A model generated the notes under the pieces. That model was not told the origin of the DNA. It was given only the letters and a program-made list of their open reading frames with translations, and did no database searches. A DNA stretch of 64,000 nt from Marsupella aquatica (Eukaryota; Plantae; Marchantiophyta): NCBI GenBank assembly GCA_973895155.1, contig OZ316892.1, positions 22,011,619 through 22,075,618 on the forward strand. The letters run 5' to 3'. Made by a program: the position numbers and the translations under genes. Positions 39,724 through 53,064 of this stretch are shown in pieces (positions within the stretch are counted from its first letter, which is position 1; each line of letters starts with the position of its first letter).

Positions 39724-40317
39724 ATGAGACTGTGCATCGTTAGATCTTTGAAGATGGCTTTTCCTGAGGAAATTTCTGATGAGACAATGTCAAAAATTAT
39801 GAGTGCTGCTTATTGGGAGAAGCGTTTATTGAATGGAAGATGGGCGAGGGATCGCATCAGAACTTACATTGAGGCGGAGGAGATAGAGGATAGAGTTGTG
39901 GTTAGGGAGAAGCCTAAACCTTTGTTACCTGGTCTTCCAATTGAAATTGTCGAATGGAGAATTTTACCGCTTATTCTTAAACCGGTTCGCAGCCTATCGA
40001 GACTTGGCAAAGTCAAGAGGGAGAAAGCGTTTGCTACAATGCAGGTTGTCCGACTCTTAAGCAAGCTATGGAATCATCTTGTGAGTTATACTTATGAATG
40101 GGTTGTTTTCCGATTAGTAAGGCACGACCATCAGGAAGGGTGGGTGATGATCATGAACTCGCCAAGGAGAGTCTCACCTCTCACTGAAATGTCAAGGATG
40201 ATGGACCTCCTGCCTGATCCGACGTCTTTCATGAATTTCCCAAACTCAATGGGTGTCTTGCAAGATAAGGAGCTCTGGATATGGCGTGCATTTCTCATTG
40301 TGTGCTGTAAGTTTTGA
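39724..40317 (+). CDS. F-box-like protein (~190 aa)
   Basis: LLPGLPIEIVEWRILP...VRLLSKLWNHLV matches an F-box consensus with an insertion; intronless and intact. Confidence 0.5.
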   Translation: MRLCIVRSLKMAFPEEISDETMSKIMSAAYWEKRLLNGRWARDRIRTYIEAEEIEDRVVVREKPKPLLPGLPIEIVEWRILPLILKPVRSLSRLGKVKREKAFATMQVVRLLSKLWNHLVSYTYEWVVFRLVRHDHQEGWVMIMNSPRRVSPLTEMSRMMDLLPDPTSFMNFPNSMGVLQDKELWIWRAFLIVCCKF

Positions 40318-40482
40318 CGGGAAGGTCAATCATTGCATTGCGGGAAAGTTGGTGAGTCAAAAATCTGTTACCATTGTCTCTTTTATCCTTGGAGTATTGC
40401 TGAGCTTGATCCTCTTGCGGGACACAAAACTTGATCCAACTCGGAAGGAGAGGGAGTTCCAAAAGGACCCAAAGGCGAAGAT

Positions 40483-41011
40483 GTTTAGATGATATTGCTA
40501 GGCGTGAGAGCAATCCGTTTGTGGGCTTACATTCATAGCAACTTTTGTTTAGAACTCCAAAGACTGCGAGAATTTTCATAAAGAAGTACTTTTATTGTCT
40601 GAATTTGCAAAATACAAAAATGTTGTTCGAATTTGGCCAAAACGTAGAGTGCCCTACATATCCTGATCGATTTCATAGTCTACTCGCAAAATGCAAATTG
40701 ATGCCGAGTATGAAACTGTTGAACCTAAGTACTAACATGTCTATTCGGTTTAGATGATATTACTAGGCCTGAGAGCAGTCTGTTTGTGGGCTTACATTTG
40801 TAGCAACTTTTGTTTAGAACTCTGAAGATTGCAAGAATTTTCATGAAGAAGTACTTTTATTGTCTGAATTTTCAAAATACAAAAATGTTGTTCGAATTTG
40901 GCCAAAATGTAGAGTGCCCTACATATCCTGATCGATTTCATAGTCTATTCGCAAAATGCAAATTGATGTCGAGTATGAAACTGTTGAACCTAAGTACTAA
41001 CATGTCTATTC
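40483..41011. repeat. 265-bp tandem duplication
   Basis: Units start at 40483 and 40748 (gtttagatgatatt...) and give near-identical ORF translations. Confidence 0.92.
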
Positions 41012-41124
41012 AATTGTCAACAAATGACGAAACTGCTTGAACCCACATTACGTACATATTCAACCCCAAGATCATAGTAAAATTATCCATACGAGTCTTC
41101 TTCCAAGTCTCGACTCTCTTACCT

Positions 41125-41518
41125 TCAATAGGAAAAATGTTGAGGTACTCGTCGACCTTGTTGGATTGACAGAACAACCAAGCATCGAGCCAATGCATGA
41201 GCATGCTCGAGGGCAACTAGCTGACTCCATATATCAATTGGCGGAAAATCTTTTACCATTTCTCCATAGAAGTAAGGGTTATCATAAGGCCATCTCCTCT
41301 CACACCATATCACCGCTAAAACCATTGCTGCCCACGGTTTAGAGTTGGTTGCCAAATGTCTCAATTTCCTATTGATATGCGCACTTTCTGAACTATCTTT
41401 GCGATGATTTTCAATCTAGAATCATCAACATTCACTACATCTTCAAGGATCCATAGGACTTTCGGCCAAATATGCAACTCAACAAGATCACCCGATAGCC
41501 CACGAATCAGCGAACCTG
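41125..41518 (-). pseudogene. Second F-box-like gene, truncated by the CACTA insertion
   Basis: LIRGLSGDLVELHIWPKV...VRISI/RHLATNSKPWAAMVL, with a frameshift at ~41365; 5' part cut at 41519. Confidence 0.45.
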
Positions 41519-42523
41519 CACTAGTGGAAAATAGTGTCTTTAATGACTAGAATGAGGACTGAAAAACGAGTCATATGTACCAATATATGACTAGAGCTTT
41601 TCTATCATACCTGCCTCGTCTTTTAGGACACTCAATTAAGACAAATAACTAAAAATCTCACCAGTCATTTATGGTAGTCCTAAATGACACAATATTTCTG
41701 AAATGACATGTCACTAGTACATTTTGAGGCGTTTTACCGATTGTATTTCCATTGGACGCCTTCAGGAAATCCGACGCGGAAATCTCACCTGTCCGATACC
41801 AAAAGAATTGCATTTTCCGATATACTTTTTATCGGAAAACGACAATCGGAAACTAATCAGAACTACCGATACCAAAACATTCGGGAGTTCCGTCGTCTAA
41901 ACTGTCAAGAAACACTATGTCCGATGCCCGCTTAATCGGATGTCTGTTCCACGCATTTTCTGTTAATGGAGGCGTCCGATTCTAGACCGATATTCTGGAC
42001 ATGGAAATGCCCAATTGTTTTAACATCGGAATTGTCCGATGTTATTTGGAACGGAAATTGCAATTATAGTAGAATTGGACTTTGCAATACGTTTGGGATG
42101 GAAAAGTACGATGATTGTGGCATTGGATATGGATCGGTATCTACCGGAAACTATTTGGCAAGCTTGATTGGGCCTATTTTAAATGGGGGGCTAATTGGGG
42201 GTTTAATTGGGGTGAAATTTAATTCTTTAACTGAGTTTTTATCTAGGGTTTAGAGAGGTCATTTAGTCAAGAGAGACTATCAATTTTGATTGCACACTAT
42301 GTACCTTGAAACCCGGGCATGACACGGCGTAACTATATCTTATATACAAAAATGAAATATCCAGGGCAAAAGTACAAAAAATGGAGAACATCTCCATGCA
42401 TAGTGCCAGCTATGCTAAAGGCTGGGCATATCAAATGGACATAATGCCCTCCAACTATCCACCTTGCTAGCCTGGTACTAGATCTATACATGTCTACCTA
42501 GTCCACTATCCATACAAGCTATG

Positions 42524-45439
42524 TCACATCTTCCTCTTCTTCACACGGGAACGACTAGGCTGCTTTGCTCTATGAGTCTCTACCGCTGACACACTAGGTA
42601 GCACATCATGGTCGTGGCTACCTGATCTACCTCCATCGTCATGTGGATGAGGTGCAGAAGCAATCTCTGGTACTCCCCTACCTCCAGATGCGCCTGAACC
42701 ATGGGAAGGCACTCCTTCCCCGACAAGTGTGGAAAGAAGCCCCTCCAGCACCACCACCACTACCCCCCTCAGGCCGAGTCTCACCTCCACCACTATGACG
42801 GGAACCTCCCGACTAGGTGCCTACACCACCACTATGAATAGGAGATGGTGTGGGCACATGACCACCAAGGCCCCCCCCGGACTGTCACGAACCAGCTGGT
42901 ACACTACTAGGGCTAGCCCTAAACTGACGAGGTGCAGCAACTCCACCACTACCCCCCTCAGGGTGAGACTCACCTCCACCACTATGGCCGGAACCTTTAG
43001 ACTGGATGCCTACACCACCACTATGAACAGGAGATGGTGTCGGCACATGACCACCAAGGCCTCCCCCGGACTGTCGTGAACCAGCTGGTACACTACCAGG
43101 GCCAGCCCTAAACTGACGAGGTGCAGCAACTCCACCACTACCCCCCTCAGGACGAGACTCACCTCCACCACTACGGCCGGAACCTCTAGACTGGATGCCT
43201 ACACCACCACTATGAACAGGAGATGGTGTGGGCACATGACCACCAAGGCCTCCCCCGGACTGTCGTGAACCAGCTGGTACACTACCAGGGCCAGCCCTAA
43301 ACTGACGAGGTGCAACAACTCCACCACTACCCCCCTCAGGGCGAGACTCACCTCCACCACTACGGCCGGAACCTCCTGACTGGCCAACGACATGACCAGT
43401 ATGAACTTACACGGTCAGCCCGTTGTCGAGACCCACCTGGTACAACACCAGGGCCAGTCCTCAATCGACCACCTGCTGTGGCTAGAACTCCGGACTCACT
43501 ACAAACCCCTCGGTTGTGACCTACTATGGCTGGAACCCGGGACTCACTCCGTCCACTCCTACCAGCTAATCTCTGATGAGAAGGAGGCATATCACCTGCT
43601 CTACGCTCCATTCGGCAAGTGGAGCCACCTACACCCCGACCAGACTGGTGACGTCCACTCTGTCGGGGTCCTGACCGGCCACGCGCACCAGTAGAACCTT
43701 GTACTGGAGCCTCGGCCACACTCCCCTCTGAAGCACTATCATCCTCCGCATCCTCCTCGTCCTCCTCGTCCTCCTCCCCCTCACCATCCTCCTCACTCTC
43801 CAAGTCCTCCTCACCCCCTGACTCATCCTGCACATAGTAACAATCTCCAATCCATATGTCATTCCGCAACATACGTACCAGCATGAAGCCATCTTTCAAA
43901 TCATTCTAATATCCGCACTTACCGAGGCCAACATGTCGTCCATGTGAATCTTCAGCGCCCGAGCACCATGCTCCTTTGCCAGGTCTCTCTCGCCGGCAAC
44001 AATGGTCGTCCGTGCTCTTTCTCCTACACACCCAAACCATATGCCACCCCCAATACTAAGGTCAATTATAGCAACCCTACCCTGGCCTAATTAAACACCT
44101 ATATAAACCCTTCACCGTCAAAGACCCATAAGAACACTTAGCCGTTCATGCACATCCTATTCAAAAATTTGAATATGTCCGATACTAATAGAATTGGTAC
44201 CCTCAATAGTTCCGATTCTTTTTTATTGTCCGATGCTGCATCCGATACTTAAAGGATCGGACTAGAATCGGACCTTACATGCCGAAAGCAAAAAAAAACT
44301 AAGGCATGATTGAGCAACCTACGGGCATACAAAGACCTGTCCCGGGTTTGGAAGGGTTAGGCATTCGTCAATTGGCCTCAGGTGATTAGGGAGGAGGAAT
44401 GCTGCTGAAGGAATGCATGGAGAGGAGGGGAATGGAGCACTTACAAAATTGGCCTTGAGGCGCTGTGATCCGCCTTGCCCCATTTTGTGAGTAACCTTTG
44501 GCCTCTTTGTTACTCTCAGCAGAGCTTTCATTAGCCAGGATGGTGGGTCTCCAAGCAGGGCTGATTTTGCTGACCATTCTTCAAGTTCTTGATGCATGGG
44601 TGCAGTATTCACCATCTCTCCTTGTTTAATCTTCTTCTGAGCTGCTTGAATTTAGCTTCCCAGAGTTGTGTGGCTTGCCAAGCTCGAACCTGCAACTCTT
44701 CTTCAAGCCAAGCACACCAAGCATCCTCAAGAATCTCACCAGCTGGGCTTCCCCCTTTCCTGATCACCTCCTCATCCAGTTTGCATTCAGCCAGGTACTT
44801 TTGCATCTTCTCTCGTACATGATTTTGCATGTCTGCAAGTGAGACTGAGATCTTTTTGTTTAAGAATCGATCGTCCACAAACGACCCATTCAAAAATCTT
44901 GCTTTGATTTGCTCTCGAATTTGAAATCTCTCATCTTGCTTCTTCTTCCCCCAGTAGTCCATCGGGCCAAAATGAGACCTCACAATCTGCCTAACTTGAC
45001 TCCCAAACAAACGATAACTCCTGGAGAGTGGAGCACCTCCCTCATTCAGAAACAATTTTGGCATCTTGGCCCTATCCTCTGCCTTCTTTCGTTCCTCCTG
45101 AATTCTTTGTCATTCTGTAGCCCGAGCCTCCCTCCTTAGGCTCTTCTCCTTTTGTCTTGGTGATAGGGCTTCCACTGGTCTCTCTCTCTCGTCCTCCCTA
45201 GTGTTACGTTTCCTCTTCCTCTGCAATCTCTCCTCCTCAAGTCTGGCTTGGAAAGCTTTTTCTGCATCAGTGATGGCTACCTTCTGGGAGCTGTCGATCA
45301 GTCCTTGAGTGAGCTGAGCTACCTGCAATGCAACCTCCGGCGAGAGCCCCACCTTCTCACTAAACAATTGAGCCATGACTTCACCATAGCTGCTTGATGG
45401 CCCGGCACCATCTCCCATCCCTCCTGCATTCCCTTCCAT
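42524..45439 (-). pseudogene. TnpA/Ptta-like accessory gene, divergent from the transposase
   Basis: Exon chain 45439-45110, 45064-44609, HKMGQGG|gtaagt, acidic block, Gly/Ser repeats, basic C-terminus RVKKRKM*. Frameshifts and stops. Confidence 0.65.
42752..43378 (-). repeat. 189-bp (63-codon) tandem repeat, ~3.3 copies, Gly/Ser-rich coding
   Basis: taccccctca-type anchors at 42761, 42950, 43139 and 43328. Confidence 0.9.
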
Positions 45440-46504
45440 CGCTACAAGCTCCGCAAAGGTATCGTGAAATGCTCCCGATGCTTTTTCGGACTAGAGTGCC
45501 TTCGCACTTTAGTCGGGTGACCTAAAAACCCAAAATGCATAACGTCCAATACTTTCTGCATTGGAAACTCCGATTCTAGGTCAATCGGACTTAGTATCGG
45601 ACCCCTCCTCCAAAGTATCGGACTTAACCCTCCCAATGTATTTTCTGATGGTTTGTGAATTGCATGACCTTGGCATTTGGACTTTGGCATTTGGATCCCA
45701 TGTATACTATAATGTCCCCCTTTATGTTAGTTGGGGGTTAATTATGCTATATTGTGGGCTTATTAGGTGTGCGGCGCAAAACGGGCATATCAACGTACAG
45801 TTGCCGTGACAAAGCTAGCACATTATTTTTTGGTGGGTATGGATGATCATTGAATATATGTACCCAGATCTATTTTCAGTTTGATTTTAAATGATTCCCA
45901 TTTTGACCATGAGGCAATGCTATATGCATGGTGCAACTTTTGGGGACTATAAGAAGTCACAAATTAAATTAACACTCTAGTGCCGTTTTGTGCCGTTTTG
46001 TATTTTTTGTTTTTGGAGGGTCGGGTCGTTGCTTTTCCTTGGTTTTCTTAGTAGGGTTTATTTTTCCCAATGCATTATGCACAGCGAGAGTACGCGCATC
46101 CAAAAGGTATGACATATATGATCCTCCAAAATGTATTGGAAATATTTGACATGATATATGCGTTACTTGTGGGAGTTTATAATTGGACATCCAACTCGTC
46201 ATTGATTTTTATTAATTTCATTAATTATTGGTTTGTTACTTAGGTTTGCATGTATGTCATCTCATCTTTCAACTTCCCCACCTAGCCTGTATGTGCAGGT
46301 TTTTTTGGATTGGCCTTAGCATATAGTCTAAGGCTTAGAGCCTAGTAGCCACTGTAGAGCGCGGATATCATTCAGGTACTAATTAAGTCCAACACTGCAA
46401 ATTATTAACATACTATATATTTCCTGTTTGGGTTTACCTCAAGTTAGGGTGATGAATCAATCTTGCATTCTGGTAAAGACTTGTTTGTGTGTAATTGGCA
46501 GACA

Positions 46505-47812
46505 ATGTCGACTTCTGAGAGTTTGGATACAGATTCTGACTCTGACTTGTCTTCCTCTGAGGGGGACATTCCTCCTCCCCCTCAACAGCCTCGAGCACCC
46601 CCTCCATTAGGCCCTATTCCATGCTGGTGTCTTAGATGTAAAGGACTAGTGGTTCGTCAAGCGTGGCAGTCCATTGAACACATCGAAAACTATGGTCAAC
46701 ATGAGGGTGATTTACCGGGATATTCAGCTCGCCAGGTATTGCTTGACATGAACTCCGCTATATATGATACATTATCATAATAGTTGGCTGGTTTGAGACC
46801 TTTTAGGAGACAAGTATTAATTTTTGTTTGTTTATGATTGAATAGGTGCGTTGTAGGGCCCGTCCTCCATTGGTCTCTAGTCAACTATGGCATGATGCAT
46901 TCCTAGCTGGTGCTAGACAGTTGCTTGCATCATCAGTTGAAGACCCCGAGCAATCATGTACCCCCGCACATGTTCAGGCAGATGTTGTTCATGAACCCAT
47001 AGTGGTAGAGTTGGGGCATGGTAGGGATGATGCACTGCCCCCTACTAGGGTTCTACGCACAAGACCACATTCTCATAGACGTCGACAGCAGCATGTAGTT
47101 CTAGACACAGACCCATCCCATGAGCACTTTAGAAGGAGTGTTATGCCTCCACCAGGGTAGGAGTACATAGAAGTTGAAGGGAGGTTGGGCTTATCATATG
47201 TGATGGGAAAGGCAATCAGTGTCTTCAAGGATTTTGACCCTGAGAGTTTTGCGATTCCTCGTGGCCTAGCCATTGATATCCCTGTACATATATGGGGTCG
47301 GCAATGGATAGTGAAGGCATCGACCCTTGGCGGGGAGGTTGGATTAGGCTTATTTGCTTTGGAGGACATTGCTCAAGGTCCCTCCAAAGCCTTGGCGTCG
47401 TGGCTATGATGGGGAACACCTTTTCCCTTACATTGGGCCTGTGTATACATCCAAGAGTTGGAACATCCTCTTGCGCCAACATCCAGCTTGGGGGGTATAT
47501 GCATTGCAGATGGACTCAGACCCAGATGAGGTCCTAAGGAGGCCTTGGCATTGTAGGATGATTGATGGGGACCCTGTCCATTCAGATAACATAGTTGGGT
47601 ACATCAATAGTACACATGGTAGAGGGAGTGGACTCCAGCCTAATGTAGAGTGGGCTCAGATTTTTGGCCCACCCACTCCGCCTTACTATGTCACACATAT
47701 GGATGATCATGTTATGACAGTAGCCATATGGACCATTAGGGCGGGTGATGAGTTGTTTTGTGACTATGAATGGAACGCGCCCAAGATGGGCATTCAATCT
47801 GGCCACACTTAG
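46505..47812 (+). pseudogene. Zn-binding exon plus SET-domain methyltransferase exon inside the CACTA
   Basis: Exon 46505-46735 (CWCLRC...EH, like the CACTA transposase-associated domain); intron 46736-46845; then VKASTLGGEVGLGLFALEDI, FPYIG, YALQ, IDGDP..NIVGYINS, PNV, TIRAGDELFCDY. One stop (47158) and one frameshift (~47385). Confidence 0.85.
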
Positions 47813-47921
47813 CACATATGTGTATTCCCCATTTTTGAAGTAATATAAGAATATTGTAGTTTTTTTAGGAACCCATGGGCTAACTCAAACATATATATCT
47901 GTTTTGTGCGTTGTATGATAG

Positions 47922-50900
47922 AATGCATATGTTGAGCCGGATGTTGGGGTGTTACCACGAGCTATGTGCCAACACCTTGTGCAGGCCATGGAAGATTGGC
48001 GATATGCCTCTCTACCACCAGATGGCGATCCGGATGTTCTAGAGCAGGAACCAGATGCCTCCCAATCAAGAGTTGATGAAGATAGGGCCATGGATGACTT
48101 GATGCACCAATTCTATGACATAGAGGATGGTGATCATGACATGGCTGATGGGGAGAACATTGAGGTCCCACTTCCACATCAAGAAGGTTCAAGGAGTTCA
48201 GCCTCCAAACAGTGGGAGGAAGCACATCAACATGCGCAAACTCAGATATTTGATGGATCACGCTTGTCTCGTCTTTCAGCAATAATGTTGTTGTTGAACT
48301 TGCAGCAAAGACATGGAGCAAGCAACCTACTTCTTGATGATCAATCTCTTTTGGACATTGCATGATTGTATCTTGCCAGAAGGAAACAACTTGCCAGACT
48401 CTTGGAAAGAGGCAAAGAAGGTGTTGAAGTCCATAGGTCTGTAGTACGAAGTCATACATGCTTGCGTGAATGATTGCGTTCTGTTTAGAGGCACTTATAA
48501 AGATGCAACGTCATGTCCTACATGTGAGAAGCCAAGGTATCGTGAGGACATGTTGACGGGAAAAGTTCCTCAGAAGGTCACGAGGTACTTTCCTCTTATA
48601 CCTCATTTGCGCCACCAATATAGATGTGCTGAGTTGGCTGAGTATATGGTTTGGCATTCCCAAAATTGCTCAGATATGAGTTCACGACCACCCACCATGC
48701 GCATGATGGTTGACTCCCTTGCAAACAAGTTTGTGGAGGAGAGATGGGGTGAGTTCCGAACTGACCCACGTCATGTTCGCCTAGGATTGGCAGCGGATGG
48801 CATCAGCCCATTTGGACTAGCAGGTAAGGCCCAACCATATTCACTATGGCCAGTGGTCCTTACTAATTACAACATCCCTCCATGGATGTCCATGAAGAAG
48901 GGTCATTTGCTCCTTTCCATGATTATCCCTGGTCCTAAGCAAGTGAAAAAAAATTGATGTGTACTTGCAACCATTGATTGAGGAGCTACAAAAGCTTTGG
49001 AGGGGTGTGGATTGCTATGATGGTCGAGTGCAAACGGGGGGCTTACGTCAAGAATTTAACTTGAAGGCCGTTCTTATGTGGACCATACATGATCTTCCAG
49101 GTATGAATCTTTGTTAAATTATCCCTTCCCATAGCCAGGCAACCGTACCTAGCATACTTTGTTATGTATTGAGTTAGCTAGGAGCACATATATCTTTTAA
49201 TAAACTTATTTACTTATGCATGGGATATATATTTATATGCAAGGTTTGGATATATTTCTGGCCTGACCACATCAGGATATCGAGCTTGCCCAACTTGTGG
49301 ACCTGATTTGGAAGGAATAGCGCGGCCAAAGTCAAAGACCTTGAGGAAGATAGTGTATATTGGTCATACCAAGTACCTCCCTCCAGACCATGATTGGAGG
49401 AGAGACCCCTTTTTATATGACACTGAGGATGGCCAACCAGACAGACGACCACAACCTATTCCAAAAGATCCTGCATATTGGAAAGAGGTATGGGAGAGAG
49501 TATCTAATCCAGATGACCCATTGCAGTATGCCCGGTGTGGCATGACTTGTTTGTCTACATTGTCACAACTGCCTTATTGGGTTGAGATGCCACTTAACCA
49601 TTTATTTGACCCTATGCACATTGAGGGAAATGTTGGGAGGTCCTTGATTCGCCACCTATATGGAGAGAAAGACAACAACTGGAGAGAGAGTTGTGAAGAG
49701 ATGGGGATGCATGGCCCTCATGGTTTTTGGCCATCTATGGATCTCGATAATGCCCCCCTTACTATTCATCCTCCTTGGGTTTTGACATGAGGTGAGCGGA
49801 CCGAGTTTCGCAAACGCATAGGGTCTATGCGATTTCCTACAGGGTATGGTGCCAATCTTCGCAAGGCATTTGGTGGACTTGACTCTCCAAAATGGCCAGC
49901 TTTCTTGACGACCCATGATTATCATCGCTTATTGCAACATGTTATTCCAATTGCTATTATTGGATTGGGTAGTGAGGATCTTTGTGATGCCCTTTGGTCG
50001 TTGGGTAAGTTTGTTGAGATGGGTGTGTCAAAAGGAGGTGAATGAGGATGAGGTTGCAGCAATGGAGGTGTTTGGAGTGGAGGTTGTGTGCAAACTTGAA
50101 AGGGCCCTTCCTCCTTCATTTTTTGATGGTCAGGTTCATTTTCTACTACATCTAGTGCGTGAGGTTGGTATTGCAGGCCCTGTACATTGTCGTTGGATGT
50201 ACTGGGTAGAGCGGTACATGGGAGTGATGAAGTCCTATGTTTCAAATTGCGCAAGGGTGGAAGGTAGCATTGCAGAGCGTCATCTTGGAGCAGAGAGCAT
50301 GTTTTATTGTACAAACATTATTGCTACACTTGATTCAAATGCTCCAAGGGGGTGGATAGATGAGGCATCAAGAGAAGCAGACTATGAGGATGACCGTTTG
50401 ACAGCCTGTGCAAAGGGAGAATGGCTTCTTGACCCTAGTGAGCACACTAAACTCACTGCATTCATGTTGTATAACTCTCCAGAGATTGTTGGGGAGTGGA
50501 CCACATTTTATGAGGAGGATAAGCACAATAGTCGACGACCACGCTTATTTCCCAAATTCCACATGTACATGAAGGGGAAGTTGTTAGAAGTGGATGCCTT
50601 GGTGGCTGCTGGGGAGAGTGTATCACACTTCCCAATGGTGACTGATAAGTTGCGCACCTTGGTTCATGGACCTCTACTTACAGTTACAACTAGGACTGCC
50701 ATGTGGTCCAAGGGGAGACACTTTCGTGTGGAACGACTTGATGACAAGAGGGCAGCTACACAAGATTGTGGGGTGATGGGTTGGTTCACCCAAGATTCTA
50801 TAAGTAGCAGATCTGACACAAATCTCATCCGTTCTACTATAGCTCACTATGGAAAGATAGAGGAGATCCTTGTTGTAAAATACCATGCGCATACAACATT

Positions 50901-51198
50901 GGAAGAGGTGGTGCTGAAGTGCAAATGGTTTTGGATGAATCTTGTTGGCCACAATCGGACATGTGAAGAGGATGCTTGCGGCTTCACACGACTGAAGACA
51001 AGGGCTGTCATCAGCTCAAATTGGAGGGCCTCAGATCCTTTTGCATTTCCTCATAATCTTGAGCAGGCATTCTATCTCCCTTATCTAGATGATCCTGAGT
51101 GGTCCATTGTAATGCCTTACATTCCTCGATCCCGATCCATAGTCCAAGAACAGCCAAATGTAGTTGTTATGGAAGATTTGGAAAATGAGAACAACTAG
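47922..51198 (+). pseudogene. CACTA/En-Spm transposase (Transposase_21, DUF4218, DUF4216)
   Basis: IHACVNDCVLF..CPTC, RYFPLIPHL, DPRHVRLGLAADG, SLWPVVL.NYNIPPW, WTIHDLP, DPMHIEGNV, PPSFFD..VH...HLV.E....GPVHCRWMY..ER. Several stops and frameshifts. Confidence 0.93.
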
Positions 51199-51517
51199 CT
51201 ACTTAGGAATTTCATGGTAAAAGCTAGGTAGCTAGCACTAGCTAGACCTAATTAATGACCACTTCCCTCCATGTATTGATTTTTTTGGCATATATATGTT
51301 ATCTACATTGTCATTACCATTTTTTGTTGCATGTTACTTTATTTATATATACCACTTAAATCTCTGGGCTCTAGCTGTGGCTATATATTTGTGCTTTTAA
51401 TATATATGAAATGAAAGCTTCCAATTCATTTCAAGTTGACCCTAGTTGAGTTCCCACATACTTCAAATGGAAATGGAGTCAAAAATCTATCGGAAACACA
51501 ACATGCCTTAATTAGAA

Positions 51518-52155
51518 GGCCTCATTCACAATTGGGTGTACCTCGCAGGAACCACTTTCAGGACTCAAAAACATGCTTTTTTAGTGAAAAATGACTTTCG
51601 TAACATGAAAAAAGGTTCATCATGATTTTATCTCAAGACATTTAAGTCTAATTTTTTCACAAGACTATTTTACATGGTGTAACCTACCTCACCATGTAGA
51701 TACATCAAGTTTTCAACTGTTTTAAGGGATCCTGTTATTGATGGCCCTAAATAAGCCAAAATTACTGATTATTTTTGTCCTGTACATAAAGGTTTAGTGT
51801 GCGTCACTATTTAAGTTTCGAAATATAAGATTATGCTAATAGTATGCATGCTTTGGTAAAATTTCATTGTCAAAAATGCATTTTTTAGAGTCCTTTTGAG
51901 TCCTTAAATGATGTGACCCATTGCGTGACAAATCCTTTTATCAATCTTTGAAGGACATATAAGGAAAGCTTCAAAGTCTCAAATGCTAGATAGTTTAATG
52001 AATGTTACCAACCTATAGGATGTTTATTAAGTATAGTACATCAAATTTTCTATATCATCTCATTACACCCTAAAAATGATATCCTAAAGCATAATAAAAA
52101 ATAGTCACTTTTGAGTGTGACGTTCCTTTTGGGTCCTCCAATTGTGAATGAGGCC
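51518..52155. mobile_element. MITE family C (638 bp)
   Basis: Perfect 18-bp TIR GGCCTCATTCACAATTGG; 4-bp TSD AGAA. Confidence 0.88.
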
Positions 52156-52807
52156 AGAAGCTAGGAAGATGATAAAACCCTCAAAAAACCACGGCTCTAC
52201 TGAAAACCGATATTTCCGATATTAAAAGAAACGGAACTCATGTGCCATCCTACAGGTATCGGGAAACTTTGCCATCTTTACCACATCAGAACCAACGTCC
52301 ATTTGTAATGGTTTCGAACAAAAGTCGGAACACATTTCCGATTTCACAAATATCAGAAACTTTTCGTCCCTCAGTTCATCGGAACCAACATGCGATATTT
52401 TCTTTATCGGACGCCTCTTGCGTCATGGCAGTCTCACTGTCCGATGCAAGTAGAATGGGAAATGCTCCGATAGTTTTTAAATGGGAAACTATTTCCGATT
52501 GTAATAGTATGGGACAGCACATGTCCGATGTAGAATGTATGGTAAATCCCCGATGCGGGGACAATCGGAAGTATCAATCTTCTCTGTATCGGAAAGTGTC
52601 GCCGACCAAAAGAAGAGCATCAAAAAAACCCAAAATATGTACCAGTGTGTTGTCCTAAATGACTGAATGAATGGCCGTCAGTCATTTAAGCATATCTTTA
52701 ATGACACATATTCAAACAAATCATATTACAACACATGGCAATTATGCACAGTTATCATTATATGTCATATCAGACATGTCATAAATGACACAATAATAAA
52801 TCATTTA

Positions 52808-53064
52808 AGGTGTCATTTAGTGTATCATTGAGGGTGTCGTACATGGTGTCATTAAAAATGTCATACAAGGTGTCATACAAGGTGTCATTGAGGGTGTCAT
52901 ACAGGGTGTCATTGAGAATGTCATTGAGGGTGTCATACAAGGTGTCATTGAAGGTGTCATATATGGTGTCATTGAGGGTGTCATTGAGAGTGTCATACAT
53001 GGTGTCATTGAGGGTGTCATATAGGGTGTCATACAGGATGTCATTGAGAGTGTCATACAGGGTG
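52808..53064. repeat. 12-bp minisatellite (ggtgtcattgag / ggtgtcatacaa), CACTA subterminal array
   Basis: About 21 units sharing the GTCAT core with the outer CACTA end. Confidence 0.9.

Larger units (their letters stand above)
41712..52647 (+). mobile_element. Complete inner CACTA element, 10.9 kb
   Basis: TIR CACTAGTACAT / ATGTACCAGTG, 3-bp TSD TGT, TCCGAT/ATCGGA subterminal repeats at both ends, TnpD-type transposase. Confidence 0.92.
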
